From a virus: a stretch of DNA of 64,000 bases. The notes below the pieces were generated by a model. The model had not been told where the DNA came from. It saw nothing but the letters and a program-made list of their open reading frames with translations, and searched no databases. The translations under genes were made by a program, and so were the position numbers. Below are positions 43,001 to 52,938 of this stretch, piece by piece (position 1 is the first letter of the stretch; each line of letters opens with the position of its first letter). The DNA lies in IMG/VR virus record IMGVR_UViG_3300050821_015552, positions 15,811 to 79,810 of that record. The stretch is one strand, 5' to 3'.

Positions 43001-44893
43001 GTGGACGACTACCAGAACGGGCTGCCACGTCAGCGCAGGGGCCCAGGCCCCCAGCAGCGCGCACAGCGTGTCCAGCAGCGCAAGGAGTTCGAAGCGTCGC
43101 GCCCAGGCCCGCCCACGCCGCACATCGCCCGCTTGACGGCGATGATCCATGAGCTCGAGGTCCCAGAGGACGTCAAGCTCGTGGCCGGCGCCCACGCCTT
43201 CAACCCCTCGGTGTGCGTCTTCAAGGGCGAGTTGCGGGTGGCGATCCGCCTCTGGGCTCGCGACGTGCCACACTACGCGATCGGTCGCATCGACGAGCAA
43301 TGGCGCCTGGTGGGGGCCCGAACGATGCACGGCGGGCAGTTCGAAGACCTGCGACTGTTCGATCTCGGTGGCAAGCTCGGCGCAACCGCCACGGTGGTGG
43401 AGCCGCAGTCGACGCGGGTAGCCGTCTTGGAGCTCAACGACCACGGCGACGTCGTCTCGTCGCGCGCGCAGCCGTCGAGCCATGCCGAGAAGAACTGGAT
43501 GCCGGCGGTGACCGGGGAGGACCACCTGCGGATCGTCTACAGGACGCAGCCGCCTGTCATCATGGACTACGCCGACGGAAAGGTGTGGCCCAGCCCACCG
43601 GACACGGCCGACTACCAACTCCACGGCGCGATGCGGGGCGGCAGTCAACTCCTGCCGTTCGAGGACGGATGGATCGCGGTCGTTCACGAGCGCCTGGAGG
43701 GCAGCCTCTACGCCCATCGCTTCGTGCGCTTCTCGCAGGATCTGTCGCGCGTGTCGGCCGGTCCCCAGTTTGTCTTCGAGCACGTCGGGATCGAGTTCGC
43801 CTGCGGCCTGGCCCAGTGGCGTGGGCGATGGATCGTCTCGTTCGGCTCCGAGGACCGGCGCGCACGGATTGCCGTGCTGACGAGCGACGAGCTCGCAGCC
43901 TGGCTACCCGGTAAGCCGTCCACTGCCCTGGCGAAGGGTCGGCGCGTACTGGTCTGCCACAGCTCGCTCGAGCGGTGCGGCGTGCGCGAGTACGGCCGGC
44001 AGCTCGACGCGTCCCTCGTCAAGGCGGGAACCAACCTCTTGCCGTTCACCTACGGCAACGTCCAGGCGATACCCCAGGTCTGCTCAGCCGGCGACACCCT
44101 GCTCGTCCACTACGAGCCGCAACTGTTGCCGCCCGATTTCCTCCATACGCTGGGCGAAATCAAGAAGCGCGGTACCCGCATCGTTCTGTGCTGCCACTGG
44201 TACTCGGAAGGCGCCTTGCGCGATCTGCGTCCCCTGGTGGACGAGGTTGTGGTGCACCGCAGCTACCCCGACGCGGGCCGCGCGACCGTGATCCCGCTGG
44301 GCTGCCCCGTATACGAGCCGGGAGACCGGGAGGCACTCCGCAGGCGCCTGGGCCTGTCAGGTGTGGTCGTCACGACGATAGGTCTCTTGGCAGGGTGGAA
44401 GCGCATCCCCGAGACGGTGGCGGCCATCGCGCGTCAGGCGCCTGCAGGAGTGACGATCGTAGTGCAGACGCCCCCACCGTCACCGAACTCGGGCGAAGAG
44501 GACCGCTTGCGGTCGGCCATCGCTCCGTTCGGTGACAAGGCCCGCCTGTCCACGCGCTTCCTGCCCGAGACCGATCTACTGGATCTGGTGCACGCCTCGG
44601 ACGTGGGCTTCGTGTTTCACGGCGTCCACACCCAGAGCGTTTCGGCCGCGACCAAACAGTTCGTCTCGGCGAGAACGCCGCTGGTCACCACCAGCTCCAC
44701 GCACTCCTCCGATCTGAACGGCGTCCACCGCGTCGACTCGTTCGATCCAGATGTCTTCGCCCGCGAGGTACTCCGGGTGGCCGCAGACGCGCCACTGTGC
44801 GAACGAATGCGAGGGGAAATGGCCGCCGAGTACACGCGACTGAACATGGACGCGGTTGCGGCCCACTACATGGGGGTGCTGTGGTGCAAGTGA
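43001..44893 (+). CDS. Beta-propeller glycosidase-like domain fused to GT-B (GT4-like) glycosyltransferase
   Basis: FNPSV, EDLRLF, EKNWMP, RGGSQ, IEFACGL; CGVREY, WKRI, ASDV. Confidence 0.8.
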   Translation: MDDYQNGLPRQRRGPGPQQRAQRVQQRKEFEASRPGPPTPHIARLTAMIHELEVPEDVKLVAGAHAFNPSVCVFKGELRVAIRLWARDVPHYAIGRIDEQWRLVGARTMHGGQFEDLRLFDLGGKLGATATVVEPQSTRVAVLELNDHGDVVSSRAQPSSHAEKNWMPAVTGEDHLRIVYRTQPPVIMDYADGKVWPSPPDTADYQLHGAMRGGSQLLPFEDGWIAVVHERLEGSLYAHRFVRFSQDLSRVSAGPQFVFEHVGIEFACGLAQWRGRWIVSFGSEDRRARIAVLTSDELAAWLPGKPSTALAKGRRVLVCHSSLERCGVREYGRQLDASLVKAGTNLLPFTYGNVQAIPQVCSAGDTLLVHYEPQLLPPDFLHTLGEIKKRGTRIVLCCHWYSEGALRDLRPLVDEVVVHRSYPDAGRATVIPLGCPVYEPGDREALRRRLGLSGVVVTTIGLLAGWKRIPETVAAIARQAPAGVTIVVQTPPPSPNSGEEDRLRSAIAPFGDKARLSTRFLPETDLLDLVHASDVGFVFHGVHTQSVSAATKQFVSARTPLVTTSSTHSSDLNGVHRVDSFDPDVFAREVLRVAADAPLCERMRGEMAAEYTRLNMDAVAAHYMGVLWCK

Positions 44894-45702
44894 CCATCGG
44901 CATTCCGACCCTCAACGGCCCCGACAGGCTCTTTCGCTGCCTGCGTTCGATCGGTCAGCACACCTCGTGGGGCTCATGCGGCGACGTCAAGGTGCTCGTC
45001 GTCGATGACGGCTCGACTGAAGAGCTGCTCAAGACGAACAAGGACATGGTGCACATCGCCAGCGGCCTGTACCCGCAGATGGGCCTCGAGATGCTCATGC
45101 ACAACGAGCGGCGCGGCATCGCAAGAGGGTGGAACGCGCTCACGCGTCACCGCGGCAGCGAGGTCGTGGCGCTCATGAACGACGACATCGAAGTGGTCGA
45201 CGACTGGCTCGATGTGCTCGTCTATTCCGTCACGAAGAACGGGCATGCCGGCATGGTGGGGCTCAACTCGTACGTCGGCGTGACCAAGGCCTCCGTGCCG
45301 TTCCCGCCACCGCGCGTCGACTACTGCGAGGGCAGGCTCCTGGGCGGCGGCAGCAACGGCCTGGTGTCGTCACAGGGCCCGCTCTTCGCGTTCCGGCGCG
45401 AAATGTTCGATCGCGTCGGCGGGTTCGACGAGCGCTACTTCTGCTTCTACGAGGAGGTCGACTTCGGGATCGCGCTCAGGCAGGCCGGCTTCCACCACTA
45501 CATGGCCGACTACCCGCGCGTGTTCCACATGGGCGGAGCGACCAACTCGAAGCCCGAAAACCTGGACGCGGCCAAGCACATGGCCGAGAGCGCGGAGAAG
45601 TTCCGGCAGAAGTGGGGTGCGACGCTCGGCGATCTGCGGGCGGGATTTGGACCGTCGCCCGGGTGCGACGAGTGGAACACGCAGATCAAGAACTGGAGAT
45701 GA
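44884..45702 (+). CDS. GT2 glycosyltransferase
   Basis: IGIPTLN, VVDDGS, MNDD, GGFDERY, YEEVD. Confidence 0.9.
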   Translation: MQVTIGIPTLNGPDRLFRCLRSIGQHTSWGSCGDVKVLVVDDGSTEELLKTNKDMVHIASGLYPQMGLEMLMHNERRGIARGWNALTRHRGSEVVALMNDDIEVVDDWLDVLVYSVTKNGHAGMVGLNSYVGVTKASVPFPPPRVDYCEGRLLGGGSNGLVSSQGPLFAFRREMFDRVGGFDERYFCFYEEVDFGIALRQAGFHHYMADYPRVFHMGGATNSKPENLDAAKHMAESAEKFRQKWGATLGDLRAGFGPSPGCDEWNTQIKNWR

Positions 45703-46421
45703 CGTCTGTGGAGTTTTCGATCTGCATCCCGACCTATCGGGGCGCCGCGCGCCTGGCGCGATTGTTCGAATCGCTGCCCAGAAATCTTGACGCCGAGGTG
45801 CTCGTCTGGGACGACGGCTCGCCGCCACAAGACGCAAGCGCGATCGAGCGGGTCGTCCCGGCAAACGCTCAGGTACGCCACTCGCTCCGTAACCGAGGTG
45901 CCGTCGCTGCGCTCGAGGAGATGGCGAGCCTAGCGGCTGGCCGGTTCATCCTGCAGCTTGATGACGACGTGCGCTTGCCGCCCGGGTTCTTCGAGGCGGC
46001 CAGGCAACTGCTGGCACTGCCGAACATCGGCGTCCTGTCGTGGCGCAGCTGCGGCATCGACGAGGACCGGCCAGGCGTCGCCGGTTTGCTCGAGCCGGCG
46101 ACGGAGCTGGCTGGCTACTGCATGGCCTATCCGACCGAGCTGCGCGACGCGATCGGCGGCATCGACACCCGCTACAAGATGTACTGCTCCGACAGCGACT
46201 TCACACTGCGGGCCATGATGTCGGGGCGGCCATGTTACCGCGTGGGCTGGCCGCTCGTACCGCACGAGGAGCACGGCGTCTACAAAGACCCCGACAACGA
46301 GGGCCTTCGCCGAACGCGTGACGAGGTAGCCCCGCTCGACATGAAGGCGTTTGTCGACAAGTGGGGTGCGGACGGTCAAGAGATGCAGCGGCGCGCCATC
46401 GCGCGTCTGATGGGGGCCTGA
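45699..46421 (+). CDS. GT2 glycosyltransferase
   Basis: ICIPTY, VWDDGS, LDDD, GGIDTRY. Confidence 0.88.
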   Translation: MTSVEFSICIPTYRGAARLARLFESLPRNLDAEVLVWDDGSPPQDASAIERVVPANAQVRHSLRNRGAVAALEEMASLAAGRFILQLDDDVRLPPGFFEAARQLLALPNIGVLSWRSCGIDEDRPGVAGLLEPATELAGYCMAYPTELRDAIGGIDTRYKMYCSDSDFTLRAMMSGRPCYRVGWPLVPHEEHGVYKDPDNEGLRRTRDEVAPLDMKAFVDKWGADGQEMQRRAIARLMGA

Positions 46422-46422
46422 C

Positions 46423-47352
46423 ATGCCGCGGATCGTGATTGGTGTGCCGACGTACAACGGGGCCGAGCGCCTCGGCTGGCTGCTCAAGTCGATGGCGATG
46501 CGAACGCCCATGCTGGCGACCGGCGACGTGCGGATCGTCGTGGTCGACGACGGCTCGCCGATGGTCGGCGCAACCGTTTCGGCCTACCGCATGTGGGAGG
46601 CGCAGCTACCCATCGATCTCGTCCAGCACGGCGGCAACCGTGGCATCTCGGCCGGGTGGAACACAGCGGCGCGGCACCACGACTGCGAGTACGTGGTGCC
46701 CATCAACGACGACGTCATCGTGCCGAGCGGCGGATGGCTCGAGTCGCTCATTCACACGCTCGAGCATTCGCCGGGCGTCGGCGTGGTCGGCGCCAGCTGG
46801 CATGCGTTTACGCCCGAGGACGCGCCGGCCCTGCTCGCGGGGCCCGAGTCGGACAGGGACGTCATTCCGCGTGAGCCTCGCAACGAGCACGGCCTGGTGC
46901 GCCAGAACGCGGCTCGCCGAACCCAGTACGAGGACGTGTGGCCTGGACGCGTCATGTGTCCGACCGGAGAGCTGTTCGCGTTCCGCAGGAAAGACTTCGA
47001 CCGCATCGGCGGCTTCGATGAGAACTACAAGTCGTTCTACGAGGAGAGCGACTTCGGCACGAGCATGGCCGCTGCCGGCCTGATAGGCGTGCAGCTCACG
47101 TGGCCGTTTTGCTACCACCTGTGGAGCGCCACATTCGGGGCGAGCCCAGAGCTGCGCGCGGATGAGCGGATGACGGCGTCGCGCGCGTACTACCGACGCA
47201 AGTGGGCCGTGCCCGACGGCGTCGCCGAGTTCGACTTCACCAACCCGAAGTTCTTCGGCGCCATCGGCGATGTGCCCGTCGAGTTTCTACGCAAGTCGGG
47301 GCCGTGCAAGGGTGTGCTCCGGCAAGACGGCGCATTCGTCGAGGGGGTTTGA
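46423..47352 (+). CDS. GT2 glycosyltransferase (paralogue of 44884)
   Basis: IGVPTYN, VVDDGS, INDD, GGFDENY, YEESD. Confidence 0.9.
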   Translation: MPRIVIGVPTYNGAERLGWLLKSMAMRTPMLATGDVRIVVVDDGSPMVGATVSAYRMWEAQLPIDLVQHGGNRGISAGWNTAARHHDCEYVVPINDDVIVPSGGWLESLIHTLEHSPGVGVVGASWHAFTPEDAPALLAGPESDRDVIPREPRNEHGLVRQNAARRTQYEDVWPGRVMCPTGELFAFRRKDFDRIGGFDENYKSFYEESDFGTSMAAAGLIGVQLTWPFCYHLWSATFGASPELRADERMTASRAYYRRKWAVPDGVAEFDFTNPKFFGAIGDVPVEFLRKSGPCKGVLRQDGAFVEGV

Positions 47353-47354
47353 CC

Positions 47355-47999
47355 ATGGACCATCCGTTTCACGCAGAGGCGCAGAAGTTCTTCCCGGACT
47401 TCGACTACAAGCGCCCGGCCGGAGATCGCAACGTCCTCTGCGACATGCGCAACCCAGGCAACATGGTGGGCCATCAGCAGCGGGCGTTCTCATGCTTCTG
47501 GGCCCTTCGCACATGCGGGCCTACCGATCTCGGGCTCGACCTGGGCAGCCCACGGGGTCTGACGCCCTACTGCGTCCACGTCGACATCTTCGGCGACGGG
47601 CGCGTGCACCCGTTCTACGGAGGCGGGGAGTACCGATCGGACGTCGTCTGGGACGCCGCCGACGTGTCGAAGGTCTTCCCAGACAAGACCTTTCCGTTCG
47701 TCGGCTCCAATCACTCGCTCGAGCACATGGCGGCGCCTGGAGATGGCGGGATCGTCGAGGTGCTCTGCGGATGGCTGCGGCTGCTGCGGCCCGGAGGGAT
47801 CTTGGCGATGATCGTGCCGGACAACGCGCACTTCGACGTCATGGCCTCCGACAAGGACCACCGTCACGCCTGGAGTCACGACGACTTTCGGCCGCGGGTG
47901 CTCGACCATGTGCTCGCGCGCGGCGGCGTGGACCTGATCGAGTACGACACGCTCGACAACCACTTCAGCTTCGACGTCGTGCTGCGGAAGACGTCGTGA
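47355..47999 (+). CDS. Class I SAM-dependent methyltransferase
   Basis: GLDLGS, SNHSLEH, LLRPGGIL. Confidence 0.8.
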   Translation: MDHPFHAEAQKFFPDFDYKRPAGDRNVLCDMRNPGNMVGHQQRAFSCFWALRTCGPTDLGLDLGSPRGLTPYCVHVDIFGDGRVHPFYGGGEYRSDVVWDAADVSKVFPDKTFPFVGSNHSLEHMAAPGDGGIVEVLCGWLRLLRPGGILAMIVPDNAHFDVMASDKDHRHAWSHDDFRPRVLDHVLARGGVDLIEYDTLDNHFSFDVVLRKTS

Positions 48000-49021
48000 G
48001 GGTCCTTTTCATCGATCACGTCGAGCCGGACTTCCTGGCCGCCGTGACCTACATGGGCCTCTGCCAGGAGCTCGGCGCTGAAAACGTCGTCGACTGGCCG
48101 TGGAAGCACTCCTATCACGGGCAGACCTACAAGGGTCCGATCCCCTACCCGCCACCCATGGATCGGGGATCGACGGCGCCATTTCCGTGGATGCAGCCGC
48201 AGGCCGCCAGGGCGTGGCAGGACGAAGAGGTGTTCGCGCGCATCGGCGAGTTCGATCTGATCGTACTGGCGTCGCCCCGCGCGTACAACACGATGGCGCT
48301 CGAGCGGCTCATCGCCTGCGTTGGGCGCGGCGCGCTGCGCAAGCTGGTGCTGGTCGACGGGGAGGACTACACCGCGACGCGGTGGGACTACGTCGAGCGC
48401 CTTCGGCCGAGCGTGTACTTCAAACTCTCGATGGTCCCCAAGCCCTTCGAGGTCTACCACGACGCCAAGGCCCGCATGGCAGGCCAGACGCGCATCGTAC
48501 CGTTCCCGCTCGCGACCCCGCTGGGTGAGCTGCCTGCGGTCGACAAGACCATCGACGTCGTGTTCTTCGGCGGCCGAAACTGGCGCTCGAAGCGGCAGGA
48601 AGGGGTTCCGGTGGGGCCGCCGGAGAGCGAGCCTCTCAAGGCGCGCCTTGCAGCCGAGTTCCCCGGCTTCGTAGGCGGTTTTCTCGGTTACGACGAGTAC
48701 CTGGCCACGACCAATCGCGCAAAGATCGCGGTGTGCGTGGGCGGCTCCGGCGTCGAACCGATGCGCACCTACGAGATCCTGTCGTGCCCCGGAACGCTGC
48801 TCGTGCGCGAACGCATCGAGGTCATCGCTCCATATCCACTCGTGGACGGCGTCCACTACGTCGGCTTCGACGGGCCGGACGATCTACCCGACGTGATCCG
48901 CAGATGCCTTGCTGACGAACCGATGCGAGCCCGCGTGGCAGCGACCGGCAACCAGCTGCTACGCGACCGCTACACACCGCTTGCGCGGGGTCGTCAGCTG
49001 CTCGAGGAGTCCTTCCGATGA
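47996..49021 (+). CDS. GT-B glycosyltransferase (CgeB-like)
   Basis: KTIDVVFFG, AKIAV, RTYEI, DGVHYV. Confidence 0.8.
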   Translation: MRVLFIDHVEPDFLAAVTYMGLCQELGAENVVDWPWKHSYHGQTYKGPIPYPPPMDRGSTAPFPWMQPQAARAWQDEEVFARIGEFDLIVLASPRAYNTMALERLIACVGRGALRKLVLVDGEDYTATRWDYVERLRPSVYFKLSMVPKPFEVYHDAKARMAGQTRIVPFPLATPLGELPAVDKTIDVVFFGGRNWRSKRQEGVPVGPPESEPLKARLAAEFPGFVGGFLGYDEYLATTNRAKIAVCVGGSGVEPMRTYEILSCPGTLLVRERIEVIAPYPLVDGVHYVGFDGPDDLPDVIRRCLADEPMRARVAATGNQLLRDRYTPLARGRQLLEESFR

Positions 49022-49752
49022 GTGTCGTAGCGTCTTCGGGCAGCGCCCTGGTCGAGGCAATCAAGGAACTTGCCGAGTACCGGCAGGAGGACCCGGTCGC
49101 CACGGCCTTCAACGTCGGCAACTCGTTCTACGCCCAGAACGAGATCTGGCGAGCCAAGAGCCCCCGGACCGCCGCCGAGATCATGCAGTTCTACCGGGAC
49201 TCGGGCCCGGGCGTGGCGCAGCAGGTCTTCGCGACCTACGGGATCCCGAGCGAGGTCGCCCTGCGCAATCGCATCCTGGCGCTCGTGGAGTACGGCTCGA
49301 GCGTCATGGACTTCGGTGCCGGGATCGGTTCGCAGCTGCGGCCCCTCGCGGCCAAGGGTCATCCGTGCACCCATGTGGACGTCGGCGGCGAGCAGATGAA
49401 GTACGCGGCCTGGCGGTACCGACGGCTGGATCGAGACGTCGAGCTCGTCGAGTTGCAGGACGACTACATGCAGCGCGGTGTCGGGGCGCTGCGGGGCCGC
49501 ACCTTCGACGTCGTCATCTGCACCGAGGTTCTCGAGCATGTGACCGAGCCGGCGGCACTGGTCGAAAGGCTTGCCAGCTGGGTACGCCCTGGGGGGCTGC
49601 TCATCGCCACCACGTCCTTCGACGACGGCGATGGCATGGTCCCGATGCACCTGAACGTGGGCGTCTACACCGACGAGCAGTTCGACCAGGAGATCATCCC
49701 AGGCCTGGGGTTCGACAAGCTCGAAAGCTACGTCTATAGGAGGCGCGCGTGA
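49018..49752 (+). CDS. Class I SAM-dependent methyltransferase
   Basis: VMDFGAGIG, CTEVLEHV, VRPGGLL. Confidence 0.88.
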   Translation: MSVVASSGSALVEAIKELAEYRQEDPVATAFNVGNSFYAQNEIWRAKSPRTAAEIMQFYRDSGPGVAQQVFATYGIPSEVALRNRILALVEYGSSVMDFGAGIGSQLRPLAAKGHPCTHVDVGGEQMKYAAWRYRRLDRDVELVELQDDYMQRGVGALRGRTFDVVICTEVLEHVTEPAALVERLASWVRPGGLLIATTSFDDGDGMVPMHLNVGVYTDEQFDQEIIPGLGFDKLESYVYRRRA

Positions 49753-50668
49753 TCGCTTCGACCATCACCATTCCGGTGCTCGGACAGCCTCATCTGCTGG
49801 AGGCTGCGCTCAAGGGCCTCGTCGAAAACTCCTACTATAGGCACCGGATCGTCGTGATCACGTCAGAGGCTCCACCCGACGAGCACCACACGGGCGGCGC
49901 TCGGGATTGGGCGACGGTGGAAGGCATGGACGGCCAGCCCGCCACGTGCCGGCGCCTCTACGAGAGCGTGGACGATTTTCGCACGCAGCGAGCCGACTGG
50001 CTCGCGGAGCATGGCATCGAGTTCGTGGACGTGACCGATCAGGCTCGCGAGATGCACGCGCGCTACCGCCGCGGGGAAGTTGATCGACGCACGCTGGTCG
50101 AAGGCGGCACGGACGTCGCGTTCAAGAACAACCTCGGCCTTGCGATGACCGACACGGAGTGGACGATCCCCAACTGGGACTGCGACTTCTAGGATGGGAC
50201 AGGCCCCTGGTGGACTTCGCCAGTCGCGCGGGCGAGAAGCTGATGCTCGTGCCGATGCATGTGCAGCCCAGGCCCTTCGCGGCGTTGCCCACATGGGACG
50301 ATCCGTGGACCTCGGCGCGCCAGGTGGCGTCGAACGTCCTAGGGATGCCGACGACGCGCTCCGTTCACGTGTCTAGCAGTGACGTGCGACCATGGGTGAC
50401 GTCCGAGGAGTTCGCCGCGTTCTGCGCAAAGATGGCGCGCCCAGGCGTGACCATCGAGGAGCGCCCCGGTGTCCGGTCGCTCCTGCACTGGGTGCCGGCC
50501 ATGTTGCGGACGCGGGAGCTGGTCTCGGCCGGTGGTTACTCGCTCATGGGTTGCGGCTACGACCTCGAGATCGACAATCGACTGGGCGCACTGGGGTTCC
50601 GCAAGATCGGCTTCTGCGACTCGTTTCAGCTGCACAAGGGCTTCCCTAGCGCGTCGTACGCAGAATGA
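49749..50668 (+). pseudogene. GT2-like glycosyltransferase interrupted by a frameshift at about 50190
   Basis: First frame ends NWDCDF* (DxD); second frame resumes GWDRPL...GGY...D...HKG. Confidence 0.65.
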
Positions 50669-52184
50669 AGTCGGGCAGGGCCCCCTGGCCCATCGAGTGC
50701 TCGAATCGCTTGGCAGGCGCCGCGTGGTTGAACGAGATGCCGAGCTTGCCGCGGACGGTCTTCTCGACCTCATCGCGCATCCGTACGATCTCTTCGCCCG
50801 ACAGCGCGTCGGTGAACACATACGAGTGGTAGCCGCCATCCGGATCGCCCTTGTAGTAGTCGGCGACCTGCGTGTAGTCGACGTCGAAGGCGTGCAGGCG
50901 GTCGCCGGTCTTCTTCGCGGTGAATGTCCATGCGTCGGGTACGTCGGGGTGGGCCACGGCCTCGTCGTAGTACGGGCTGCCCGGATAGGGCGTAATGACG
51001 GTGCAGTCGAAGTCAGCCGGCTTGACCTGCAAAAGCCAGTCGGCCACCGCCTGGATGGATCCGGCAGTCTCGCCAGCGTGACCCACACTCATCAGGGCCT
51101 TGACCTTGAGATCGTGCTTGGCCGCAATCTCCATGACGCGCGTGTTGTCCTCGAGCGTTGCATTCTTCTGGATGTTGACGAGGACGCGATCGTCGGCAGC
51201 CTCGAAGCCGCATAGCAGCCATCGAAAGCCGGCGCGTCTCATGGCCACGGCCTGCTCCTCGGTGAACAGCTCGCTCTTGATGAAGCCGCGCAGACCAAAC
51301 TCCACGCCCAGGCGCTGCTGCAAATCGGCGATGGCGTTCATCAGCTCTACGATCTGCTTGTTCACGTTGAGCTCGTCATCGAGCAGCATGAACCCCGTGT
51401 ACCCGTAGGTCCGGTACAGGTGCTCGATCTCGGCGATGATGCTCGGCGTGGACCTCGTGCGGATCTTGCGGAGCATTTTCGAATGGCGCCCCGCGCAGAA
51501 GTTGCACCCCATCGGGCAGCCCAGTTGGGCGATGAGGTTGCACGCCTTGTGTCCGTCGATCGTGTAGCGGTAGCTCTCCACGTCCGCGAGATGCCTGGCG
51601 GGCATCGGCATCAACTCGTAGTCGGCATTGGTCATGAACATGCCGCTGCCCAGCTCGTCGGCGTCGATGACCTTGGGGGCGTCTGGCTTCAGGGCTTCGA
51701 AGATGGCGATCTCGCCGTCGCCCGCGACCATCGTGTCGAACATCGCCTCGAGCTTGCCGAGGGCGCGATGGGCTCGGCCGACACGTCCCGACTTGCGCTC
51801 TAGCTTGCACGCCGCCCATACGAGCGTCGGGTGCGGCCCACCGCAGATGACGCGCATATCCGGCCTGTCTGCCCGAATTCTCTCCACGATCTTGGTCACA
51901 GCCGGCAGCTGCGGCGTCGTGGCGGTGATGGCTACAACCGTAGCCTGGGTCGCCGCCAGGTGGGCGCTCAGGGCGTCCAGGTACTCGGCGACTCCCGACA
52001 GGTCCAGGTTCTCGACGTGGCCGCCAGCCTGCTCCAGTACAGCCGCCACCTTGAGGATCCCCAGGGCGAGAAACACACGCTCGTCGAGCAGGAAGATGCT
52101 CGGTGGCGTGACGAGCAGGACGGGCGACTTGGTGAGCTGGCGGATCCGGCGCGGCGCCGTAAGGCGGTCGGCGGTGACGTTCAT
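50646..52184 (-). CDS. B12-binding radical SAM protein (class B methyltransferase-like)
   Basis: LGILKVAAVL, GGPHPT, GDGE, CPMGCNFC, PYPGS; TACCGT-N6-ATG. Confidence 0.92.
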   Translation of the reverse strand: MNVTADRLTAPRRIRQLTKSPVLLVTPPSIFLLDERVFLALGILKVAAVLEQAGGHVENLDLSGVAEYLDALSAHLAATQATVVAITATTPQLPAVTKIVERIRADRPDMRVICGGPHPTLVWAACKLERKSGRVGRAHRALGKLEAMFDTMVAGDGEIAIFEALKPDAPKVIDADELGSGMFMTNADYELMPMPARHLADVESYRYTIDGHKACNLIAQLGCPMGCNFCAGRHSKMLRKIRTRSTPSIIAEIEHLYRTYGYTGFMLLDDELNVNKQIVELMNAIADLQQRLGVEFGLRGFIKSELFTEEQAVAMRRAGFRWLLCGFEAADDRVLVNIQKNATLEDNTRVMEIAAKHDLKVKALMSVGHAGETAGSIQAVADWLLQVKPADFDCTVITPYPGSPYYDEAVAHPDVPDAWTFTAKKTGDRLHAFDVDYTQVADYYKGDPDGGYHSYVFTDALSGEEIVRMRDEVEKTVRGKLGISFNHAAPAKRFEHSMGQGALPDFILRTTR

Positions 52185-52199
52185 CCGAAAACGGTACCA

Positions 52200-52871
52200 T
52201 CAATGCAGCGCGCAGCCGACCGCCATGCAGACGTTGGTGATCTGGCCCTGCAGGGGCGCGTACGAGCACCCGGGCTCGATCCCCACCTGCAGCGGCGCCA
52301 TGGTTCCCATGGATTCGGGCAGCCCTCCAGGCTGGACAGCGCCCACGCCGTCTACCGCGAGCTGGAACGCGGTGCCCGCATCGGATCGCGAAACGAGCAC
52401 GTGGTGCTTGGCGCCGTCGTCCACTCGCGCGGTCGTGTAGACGTCGTCGATGTAGCTCGTCCCGTTCCCGTTGCCGATCGTGAGCCGAATCTCGCCCACC
52501 TGGCCCGCGTTGTTCGGGACGAGAAGGTCCCAGTAGGGGACAGCAAAACCGCACGCCGAGCTTCGTTGGTTGAGCAGGGCCATGGGCCCCGAGGACGACG
52601 GGACACCTTCGATGTCGAACGCGATCGAAAAGTCGGCCAGGCCGATGCCGCTCAGATCGGTCACGCAGGTGCACCCGGGCGCATCGGCCTCTTGGTTGCC
52701 GGCGTCGTCGGGGGGTGTAGTCTCGGACCCGCTCCCGGCGTCGCTCGCTGCAGACTCTGCCCCCCCGGAGTCGGGCCTGTCGGCGTCGGGAGCACCTTGA
52801 TCGAGCGCACTGAACGCGGTTCCTCCGCAAGCGCAGAGTGTGGACAGCATCGCAAAGACTGTGATTTTCAT
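52200..52871 (-). CDS. Lipoprotein with DAG linker and LamG / concanavalin-like domain
   Basis: Lipobox LCAC; D/A/G-rich linker; VDDGAKHHVLV...LAVDG...LQVG. Confidence 0.75.
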   Translation of the reverse strand: MKITVFAMLSTLCACGGTAFSALDQGAPDADRPDSGGAESAASDAGSGSETTPPDDAGNQEADAPGCTCVTDLSGIGLADFSIAFDIEGVPSSSGPMALLNQRSSACGFAVPYWDLLVPNNAGQVGEIRLTIGNGNGTSYIDDVYTTARVDDGAKHHVLVSRSDAGTAFQLAVDGVGAVQPGGLPESMGTMAPLQVGIEPGCSYAPLQGQITNVCMAVGCALH

Positions 52872-52900
52872 GGCGGTCACCCGGTCTGACGGACGAGTCC

Positions 52901-52929
52901 TTGGATTCATTCAACGCTCGGCGTAAGAT
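52901..52929 (+). promoter_or_regulatory. Sigma70-like promoter
   Basis: TTGGAT-N17-TAAGAT, ATG 9 nt downstream. Confidence 0.55.
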
Positions 52930-52938
52930 GGCGAACAC

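Noticed and set aside
49309-49330. FGAG in the methyltransferase as a virion motif
   Set aside because: It is the SAM-binding motif I (DFGAGIG)
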